A DNA stretch of 12,637 nucleotides, from positions 1 through 12,637 of the forward strand of contig JANRJP010000117.1 in assembly GCA_033763905.1 (NCBI GenBank). Reading direction: 5' to 3'. Origin of the DNA: Gemmatimonadaceae bacterium. GTDB taxonomy: Bacteria > Gemmatimonadota > Gemmatimonadetes > Gemmatimonadales > Gemmatimonadaceae. Positions 6,998 to 12,637 of the stretch are shown here, in pieces. The number at the start of each line of letters is the position of its first letter. The stretch's first letter is position 1. The position numbers and the translations under genes were made by a program. The notes beneath the pieces were generated by a model. The model ran no database searches. It was not told the origin of the DNA and saw only the letters and a list, made by a program, of their open reading frames with translations.

Positions 6998-8119
6998 TCA
7001 GCGTCCGAACAACTTGCCGAGCAACCCGCCACCGCTCGCCGGTGGCTCGGGTGCCGCCGCTGCACGAAACGCGTCCGCGAACTCCGGCGCCGTCACGTAG
7101 CGGGCGTCTGCGTCACGATGGCAGGCCTTGAGTAGCACGGCGTCGAGCGCCGGCGGGAACTGCAACGACGCGCGCAGCTCGCTCAACTTGATCGGATCGT
7201 TGCGCAAGCGGGCGATCATCAACTCCTGCTGCGTGCGGCCTTGGAAGGGCAGCTTGCCGGTCAGCAGTTCGTACGCAATCAGTCCGAGCGCGTAGATGTC
7301 GGTACGCGGATCCAGCGGCTTGCCGCGCAGCTGTTCGGGACTCATGAACTCGGGCGTGCCGAGGATGATGCCCGTCGCCGTGAGCTTCTCGAGCTCCGCG
7401 CCCGCCTTGCGCTCCTTGGCCAGGCCGAAGTCCATCACCACCGCGTACTCGGTGCCGTCGGGCTTCTTCGCGATCATCACGTTCTCGGGCTTGAGATCGC
7501 GATGCACGATCTTCTGCTCGTGGGCAATGTGCAGCCCGGCCGCGATCTCGCTCACGAACGTCACCACCTGCGCCAACGGCAACTGCCCCGCCCGGTGCCG
7601 CTTGTCGGCCAGGATCTCGCCTTCGACGTACGGCATCACGACGTAGACGAGACCGTCCTCGGTCTCGCCCAGCCGCATGATGTGGCAGACGTTCGGATGC
7701 GCCAGCCGAATCGCGAGTCCCGCTTCGCGGCGCAGGCGCGCCATTGCGTTCTGGTCCTTGGCCAACGACGGCGAGAGCACCTTGATTGCGACCGGCGTGC
7801 TGCTGCCGATGTCGGTCGCGCGATACACGTACGACATCCCGCCTTCGCCGACTTTCTTTTCGACCTTGTAGCGGCCTTCGAGCACGGTGTCGGCCAAGGC
7901 CGCCGGATTCGGCGCGTTCCCCGGCAACTTGGGACTCGCCGGTCGCACCGCCGTCTGCACGGGGGTCGGCGACGCGGTGCTCACCGGCGCCGGCGGCGCG
8001 GGAGCGGCTGGCGCCGTCGGGGCGATGTGACCGGCGATGATCAGTCGGCTGCCGTCCTTGGTGCAGAAGCGCGCGTCATCGGGATACGTGGTGCCGCAAG
8101 CGGGACAACGAGTGGCCAT
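6998..8119 (-). CDS. Hanks-type Ser/Thr protein kinase with N-terminal zinc-ribbon, cytoplasmic
   Basis: N-terminal CPAC...FCTKDG, Pro/Ala linker, then GEGGMSYVY, VAIK, RRE, HPNV, HRDLKPEN, DFG and GTPEFMSPEQ, all intact (RD kinase). No TM or PASTA region. Confidence 0.95.
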   Translation of the reverse strand: MATRCPACGTTYPDDARFCTKDGSRLIIAGHIAPTAPAAPAPPAPVSTASPTPVQTAVRPASPKLPGNAPNPAALADTVLEGRYKVEKKVGEGGMSYVYRATDIGSSTPVAIKVLSPSLAKDQNAMARLRREAGLAIRLAHPNVCHIMRLGETEDGLVYVVMPYVEGEILADKRHRAGQLPLAQVVTFVSEIAAGLHIAHEQKIVHRDLKPENVMIAKKPDGTEYAVVMDFGLAKERKAGAELEKLTATGIILGTPEFMSPEQLRGKPLDPRTDIYALGLIAYELLTGKLPFQGRTQQELMIARLRNDPIKLSELRASLQFPPALDAVLLKACHRDADARYVTAPEFADAFRAAAAPEPPASGGGLLGKLFGR

Positions 8120-8125
8120 CGGTCG

Positions 8126-9598
8126 TCAGGATCTCACGCGGTTGCGGCCATCGGCTTTGGCCCGGTAGAGCGCCTCGTCGGCGCGCGCCATCAAATCTTC
8201 AACGGTCTCGATCCGCGGACCGGGGAACGACGCAATGCCGATGCTCGTCGTGATCTCGATCGCCGTTCCCGCCGACGTCACGAACGGCTGCGTCTCGATC
8301 TTCTCCCGCACACGCTCGGCGAACGTCGCCGCACCCACCGACGCGGTCTCGGGCAACAGAATGACGAACTCTTCCCCGCCGTAGCGTGCGACCATATCGA
8401 CCGCGCGCACCGCCGAGGTCAGCAGTTCCGCCACCTGACAGAGCACTTCGTCGCCGGCCAGATGGCCGTGTTCGTCGTTGATCGTCTTGAAGTGGTCCAA
8501 GTCGATCATCAGCACGGTCACCGAGGACTCGTAGCGGCGCGCGCGCTCCACTTCGGTCTGGACGCGTTCGACGAGCACGCGACGGTTGACCAACCCGGTC
8601 AACGGGTCGGTGCGGGCGAGCTCTTCTAGGCGCGCGTTGTCGGCCTTCGTCGACTCGATCACCTGCGCGCGTTGAATCGCCGAGACCGCCGCCTTGATGA
8701 CGGTGTCGGCAAACTCCACGTCGGCGCGGTTGAGCGTCGGCTCGTCGATCGTGCGCCGCAGAAAAAACACGCCGGCACGGTTCTCGTCGATCGAGAACGG
8801 CAGGGCAATCACCGAGCGGATGCGCACGTCGATGCCGTCGCGCTTCCAGCGCGCGCGCTCCTCGACGTACAGCGGATCGTTCGCGAGGTCTTCGACCAGC
8901 ACCGGCATCCCGCTCACCAGCGCGCGACGAATCTCGGGGTACTTGGAGAGCAGAATGCGATGGTTCGCCACCGCGGGATGCTCGTAGGCCGTGGCCACCG
9001 TGCCGTACTGATCGCCGGCCCGCGCCAGCACCACCGAGCAGTGCGACGTATTGAGCGCCCGCGCCACGCGCCGCGCGAGGATGTGGTAGATCTCTTCGCT
9101 CGACAACCCGCCGGTGACTTCGTGCAGAATGTCGACCATCGCGCGGCGGTTCTGCGCCTCTTCGCGCGCGCGCACGAGTTCTTCCTCGCGCCGCGCCAAC
9201 TGCACCCGCGCGCCGTCCAGTTCGGCGCGAGCGCGCAACTGCGCCTGCACTCGGGCCAGCAGTTCACGCACGCGGAACGGCTTTTTGATGTAGTCCGCGG
9301 CGCCCAAGCCCAGCGTCCGCACCGTGGCGTCTTCCTGCGGCAGCGACGAGACCATCAGCACCGGCAGATCCGACCAGCGATCGTCGCCCTTGAGCTGTTC
9401 GAGCAGCTCGAAGCCGTCGCGCACAGGCATCAGAATGTCGAGCAGCACCAGATCGGGGAGCTGGCGCTCGAGTTCACGCAGAAACTCCGGCGCATCACCA
9501 GCCGTGGCGACCTCGTACCCCTGCTCGCGCAGCAGCATCGAGATCGTCTGTCGCATGGCCGGGTCGTCGTCGACCACGAGTATCCGCGATTGGCTCAT
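8126..9598 (-). CDS. Response-regulator diguanylate cyclase (REC - coiled coil - GAF - GGDEF)
   Basis: REC: LVVDDD, DLVLLD (phospho-Asp), MVSS, KKPF. Coiled coil, then GAF-like region (SVIALPF). GGDEF: TDPLTGLVNRR, DLDHFKTINDEHGHLAGD, I-site RAVD and active site RYGGEEF. Confidence 0.95.
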   Translation of the reverse strand: MSQSRILVVDDDPAMRQTISMLLREQGYEVATAGDAPEFLRELERQLPDLVLLDILMPVRDGFELLEQLKGDDRWSDLPVLMVSSLPQEDATVRTLGLGAADYIKKPFRVRELLARVQAQLRARAELDGARVQLARREEELVRAREEAQNRRAMVDILHEVTGGLSSEEIYHILARRVARALNTSHCSVVLARAGDQYGTVATAYEHPAVANHRILLSKYPEIRRALVSGMPVLVEDLANDPLYVEERARWKRDGIDVRIRSVIALPFSIDENRAGVFFLRRTIDEPTLNRADVEFADTVIKAAVSAIQRAQVIESTKADNARLEELARTDPLTGLVNRRVLVERVQTEVERARRYESSVTVLMIDLDHFKTINDEHGHLAGDEVLCQVAELLTSAVRAVDMVARYGGEEFVILLPETASVGAATFAERVREKIETQPFVTSAGTAIEITTSIGIASFPGPRIETVEDLMARADEALYRAKADGRNRVRS

Positions 9599-9669
9599 CT
9601 GGCTGTGAAGGTCGGACGAAACGCCCCGCCCCCCGCCGCACGGACGGAGGGTATGCGGAATATGGACGA

Positions 9670-9704
9670 CGACCCCCCCGCCGAGGAAACCGGCGAGGGG
9701 GTCG
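9670..9704 (-). terminator. Strong GC-rich hairpin downstream of gyrA (possible terminator or attenuator)
   Basis: Minus strand CGACCCCCTCGCCG-GTTTCCT-CGGCGGGGGGGTCG: 14-bp stem whose single non-Watson-Crick pair is G-U on the minus strand, about 41 nt after the gyrA stop. No U-tract. Confidence 0.5.
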
Positions 9705-9745
9705 GACTGGGGGTCAAGTCGTCTCGGATGTCCTGCGGCCCGGGG

Positions 9746-12265
9746 TCAGGCCGGTCCGGATTCGGTCCCGCTGGGTGCCGGATCGGCGTCGCCGCCGGCC
9801 TCCGCCGTCTCCTTGTCCTCGGACACCACCCGCGCCACCGCCGTGACCTGATCGTCGCCGGTGAGCTTGATGCACTTCACGCCCTGGGTGTTGCGGCCCG
9901 ACTGCCGGATTTCGTTCACCGACGACCGGATCGCCGTCCCCGACTTGGTGATGATCATCACTTCGTCGTCCTGCTGGACTTCGAGCACCGCCACCACCGA
10001 GCCCGTCGCGCGGCTGACATCCTGCGTGATGATGCCCTTGCCGCCGCGGGTCTGCACCCGGTAGTCCTCGACCGGCGTCCGCTTGCCGTAGCCCTGCTCG
10101 GCCACCACCAGCAGCGTCGCCGAACGCTTGACGACGACCATGCCGACGACGGCATCGTCCTTCGACAGATCGATGCCCTTCACGCCGGTGGTGTCGCGGC
10201 CCATTTCGCGCACATCGGTCTCGCGGAAGCGAATCGCCTGACCGTCCTTCGTGGCCAGGATGATGTCGTTGTTGCCGGACGTGATCTGCACGTCCATCAG
10301 CTCGTCGCCCTGCTCGATCTTGATCGCCTTCACGCCAGCGGCGCGGACGTTCGAGTATTCGGACAGGCGCGTCTTCTTGACCGTCCCTTCCCGCGTGCAG
10401 AAGAACAGGAACTCGCTCTCCGGGAAGTCCTTCACCGGCAGAATCGCCGAGATGATGGTGTCGGGCGTGACGTTGATCAGGTTCACAATCGGCTTGCCCT
10501 TGGCCGCCTTCGCCGCCTGGGGGATCTCGTGCACCTTGAGCCAGAACATCCGGCCGTCTTCGCAGAACACCAGCAGGTAGCTGTGGGTGCTCGCAATGAA
10601 GAAGTGCTCGATGAAGTCGTCGTCCTTCACATCGACGCCCGACGAGCCCGTGCCCCCGCGGCGCTGCTTGCGGTAGGTCGCGACCGGGGTGCGCTTGATG
10701 TAGCCCGAGTGCGAGACGGTGACAACCATCTCTTCGTCGGCGATTAGGTCTTCGATCGTCATCTCGCCGTCGTCGGCGAGGATCTCGGTGCGGCGCTCGT
10801 CGCCGTACTTGGTGACGACCACGTCGAGTTCCTCGAGCAGCAGCGCCATCCGCTTCGGCTTGCTCGCGAGCAGTTCTTCGAGACCCGCGATCGTGGCGCG
10901 GACTTCGGCGAGCTCTTCTTCGAGCTTTTCGCGCTCCAGGCCGGTGAGCTTGGCCAGGCGCATATTCAGAATGGCCTCGGCCTGCTTCTCGGACAGCTTG
11001 AAGCGCGCCTGCAGCTGCGTGCTCGCGGTCTCGGTGTCGGCCGACTCGCGAATGAGCTTGATCACCGCGTCGATGTTGTCGACGGCGATCTTGAGGCCTT
11101 CGAGGATGTGCTCGCGATCCTTCGCCTTCTGCAACTGGAACTGCGAGCGGCGAACGATGACTTCGTGCCGGTGCTCGACGTAGGGCACCAGCACTTCCTT
11201 GATGTTGAGCTCCTTCGGCACGAGCCGGCGCGTCTGCGCGTCGGGCACGAGCGCGAGCATAATGACGCCGAACGTCGTCTGGAGCTGCGTGTGCTTGTAG
11301 AGCTGGTTGAGCACCACGCGCGGAATGGCGTCGCGCTTGCACTCGATGACGATGCGCAGGCCGTCCTTGTCGGACTCGTTGCGCAGGTCGGAAATGCCTT
11401 CGAGCGTCTTCTCGCGCACCAGCGCCGCGATGTGCTCGATCACCTTGGCCGGGTTGACCTGATACGGCACTTCGGTGACGACGATCTGCGACTTGTTCGA
11501 CGACTCCTTCTCTTCGATCACCGCCTTCGCGCGCATCACCACGCGCCCGCGGCCGGTCCGGAGGTAGTCGTAGATGCCCTGACGGCCGTGAATGAACGCG
11601 CCCGTCGGGAAGTCGGGACCCTTGATGAAGCTCGCGAGCTCGTCGACGCTGATGTCGGGGTTGGCGACGAGCGCCTTGATCGCGTTGTGGACCTCGATCA
11701 GGTTGTGCGGCGGAATGTTCGTCGCCATCCCGACCGCGATGCCCTGCGAGCCGTTCACCAGCAGGTTCGGGAAGGCCGCCGGCAACACCGTGGGCTCTTC
11801 CAGGCGGTCGTCGTAGTTCGGCGCGAAATCGACGGTGTTCTGTTCGATGTCGGCGAGCAACTCCATCGCGATCGCGGTGAGCTTCGCTTCGGTGTAGCGG
11901 TAGGCCGCCGCCGGATCGCCTTCGATCGAGCCGTAGTTGCCCTGGCCATCCACCAGCGGATGCCGCAGCGAGAAGTCCTGCACCATACGCACCAAGGCGT
12001 CGTACACCGACGAGTCGCCGTGCGGGTGGTACTTACCGAGCACGTCACCGACGACCGTGGCCGACTTCTTGTACGCGCGCCCCGGCACTAGGCCGAGTTC
12101 GTTCATCGCGTAGAGCACGCGACGATGCACCGGCTTCAAGCCGTCACGCACGTCGGGAAGCGCGCGCGACACGATCACGCTCATCGAGTAGTTGATGAAG
12201 GAATCCTTCATCTCGTCGTCGATCAGACGCGGCAGAATGCGTTCGCGGTTGTTCGGAGCGGTCAT
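9746..12265 (-). CDS. gyrA: DNA gyrase subunit A
   Basis: 839 aa. [33 protein letters not shown] (Ser and Asp at the E. coli 83 and 87 equivalents), catalytic Tyr in [18 protein letters not shown], and a C-terminal beta-pinwheel with GyrA-box QRRGGTG, which argues against ParC. Confidence 0.97.
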   Translation of the reverse strand: MTAPNNRERILPRLIDDEMKDSFINYSMSVIVSRALPDVRDGLKPVHRRVLYAMNELGLVPGRAYKKSATVVGDVLGKYHPHGDSSVYDALVRMVQDFSLRHPLVDGQGNYGSIEGDPAAAYRYTEAKLTAIAMELLADIEQNTVDFAPNYDDRLEEPTVLPAAFPNLLVNGSQGIAVGMATNIPPHNLIEVHNAIKALVANPDISVDELASFIKGPDFPTGAFIHGRQGIYDYLRTGRGRVVMRAKAVIEEKESSNKSQIVVTEVPYQVNPAKVIEHIAALVREKTLEGISDLRNESDKDGLRIVIECKRDAIPRVVLNQLYKHTQLQTTFGVIMLALVPDAQTRRLVPKELNIKEVLVPYVEHRHEVIVRRSQFQLQKAKDREHILEGLKIAVDNIDAVIKLIRESADTETASTQLQARFKLSEKQAEAILNMRLAKLTGLEREKLEEELAEVRATIAGLEELLASKPKRMALLLEELDVVVTKYGDERRTEILADDGEMTIEDLIADEEMVVTVSHSGYIKRTPVATYRKQRRGGTGSSGVDVKDDDFIEHFFIASTHSYLLVFCEDGRMFWLKVHEIPQAAKAAKGKPIVNLINVTPDTIISAILPVKDFPESEFLFFCTREGTVKKTRLSEYSNVRAAGVKAIKIEQGDELMDVQITSGNNDIILATKDGQAIRFRETDVREMGRDTTGVKGIDLSKDDAVVGMVVVKRSATLLVVAEQGYGKRTPVEDYRVQTRGGKGIITQDVSRATGSVVAVLEVQQDDEVMIITKSGTAIRSSVNEIRQSGRNTQGVKCIKLTGDDQVTAVARVVSEDKETAEAGGDADPAPSGTESGPA

Positions 12266-12311
12266 CGAAAAGGCTCGAGAATCGGGTCGTGGAACGACTC
12301 GGGGACAATCC

Positions 12312-12320
12312 TGCTAATTT
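12312..12320 (+). promoter_or_regulatory. Putative extended -10 promoter (TGcTAATTT) for the divergent dsbD-like gene
   Basis: TG-n-TAATTT on the plus strand, overlapping the gyrA -10 box on the opposite strand. Confidence 0.45.
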
Positions 12321-12344
12321 AGTTGAACAGGCGGCGCGAATCAA
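12316..12344 (-). promoter_or_regulatory. Putative sigma70 promoter of gyrA (TTGATT-N17-TAAATT)
   Basis: Minus strand: TTGATT (12344-12339), exact 17-nt spacer, TAAATT (12321-12316). Predicted +1 near A at 12309, giving a leader of about 44 nt. Confidence 0.7.
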
Positions 12345-12353
12345 TCCCGAAGG

Positions 12354-12390
12354 TGTCGCCCAAGTCATTGATTTACAACAACTTGCGACA
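12354..12390. promoter_or_regulatory. Palindromic AT-rich site CAAGTCATTG-ATTTA-CAACAACTTG containing an IHF-consensus match
   Basis: Core dyad CAAGT-nn-TTG-N5-CAA-nn-ACTTG (12361-12385), extended by TGTCG/CGACA with a 2-nt bulge. 12361-12373 (CAAGTCATTGATT) matches the reverse complement of WATCAANNNNTTR. Confidence 0.6.
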
Positions 12391-12637
12391 GCTCCTCCGG
12401 CTCCATCCCCCTGCGGCGATTGCCGCGGCGCTCCTGACGGCGTTCGGCGCGGTGCCCCTCGCGGGCCAGCCCCGGCCCGCCAACGCGCCGCCCCTGCATA
12501 CGCGCGCCGAATTGGTCGCCGAAGACGCGCACGTCGTGCCCGGTCGTCCATTCAGCGTGGGCGTGCGGCTCCGGATGGATCCGAAGTGGCACACATACTG
12601 GAAGCAGGCCGGCGACGCCGGCGGGCCGACCAACATC
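12383..12637 (+). CDS. Protein-disulfide reductase DsbD N-terminal-domain family protein, exported, 5' part only
   Basis: Not in the ORF track. Translates as (M)RQLLRLHPPAAIAAALLTAFGAVPLAGQ...HTRAELVAEDAHVVPGRPFSVGVRLRMDPKWHTYWKQAGDAGGPTNI. WHTYW--PGD-G-like motif and a signal peptide. Start uncertain (TTG 12383, TTG 12368, GTG 12353 or TTG 12323). Confidence 0.85.
   Translation, partial: MRQLLRLHPPAAIAAALLTAFGAVPLAGQPRPANAPPLHTRAELVAEDAHVVPGRPFSVGVRLRMDPKWHTYWKQAGDAGGPTNI

Noticed and set aside
6982..7065. N-terminal 28 codons of the ORF-track version of the exported protein
   Set aside because: Overlaps the kinase 3' end. The ATG at 6981 gives a clean signal peptide.
9599..9745. c-di-GMP riboswitch ahead of the cyclase
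   Set aside because: No GNRA-tetraloop/receptor arrangement or conserved class I or II core recognised by eye. An Rfam scan would be needed to exclude it fully.
8672..10747. 691-aa plus-strand ORF, and similarly 7241-8629, 11108-12091 and 426-1025
   Set aside because: Antisense to well-supported genes (cyclase, kinase, gyrA, NagX-like). Typical shadow ORFs.
9714..11342. Alternative-frame minus-strand ORFs (also 2175-3407, 1240-1998, 5981-6871)
   Set aside because: Overlap genuine genes in another frame. Low-complexity Arg/Gly/Ala sequence with no domain signal.
11990..12030. Fluoroquinolone-resistance substitution in the gyrA QRDR
   Set aside because: Ser83 and Asp87 equivalents are wild-type (HGDSSVYD).
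12144..12636. Minus-strand ORFs upstream of gyrA (12144-12551, 12365-12592, 12373-12636) as a gyrB fragment or leader peptide
   Set aside because: No GyrB similarity. The region is explained by the promoter and the plus-strand DsbD-like gene.
1..12637. CRISPR array, IS/transposase, integrase, prophage, tRNA/rRNA or defence island
   Set aside because: No regularly spaced repeats, terminal inverted repeats, mobile-element motifs or compositional break seen. The Ser/Thr kinase context looks like housekeeping or signalling rather than anti-phage.

Overview
High-GC (roughly two-thirds G+C by eye) bacterial chromosomal segment with no mobile elements, CRISPR arrays or RNA genes visible. Gene style suggests Gemmatimonadota, but that is inference only. 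Almost everything is on the minus strand. In transcription order: gyrA (no gyrB beside it); a REC-GAF-GGDEF diguanylate cyclase; a cytoplasmic Zn-ribbon Hanks-type Ser/Thr kinase; an exported TPR-like/retropepsin-like protein with a broken catalytic motif; a 124-aa helical protein of unknown function; a four-gene caa3-type (A1) cytochrome c oxidase operon (subunits II-c, I, III, IV); and a NagX/HGSNAT-like membrane acyltransferase running off the left edge. A DsbD-N-domain gene starts divergently at the right edge. Both edge genes are missing from the supplied ORF track. Most notable: (i) the tightly packed cyclase-kinase-pseudoprotease cluster plus a possible HPt-fold protein with Thr at the phospho-His position, a candidate undescribed signalling module; (ii) one 23-bp AAGT-N15-ACTT dyad found upstream of both the gyrA and oxidase promoters; (iii) a predicted bidirectional promoter with overlapping -10 boxes between gyrA and the dsbD-like gene; (iv) two apparently leaderless genes.
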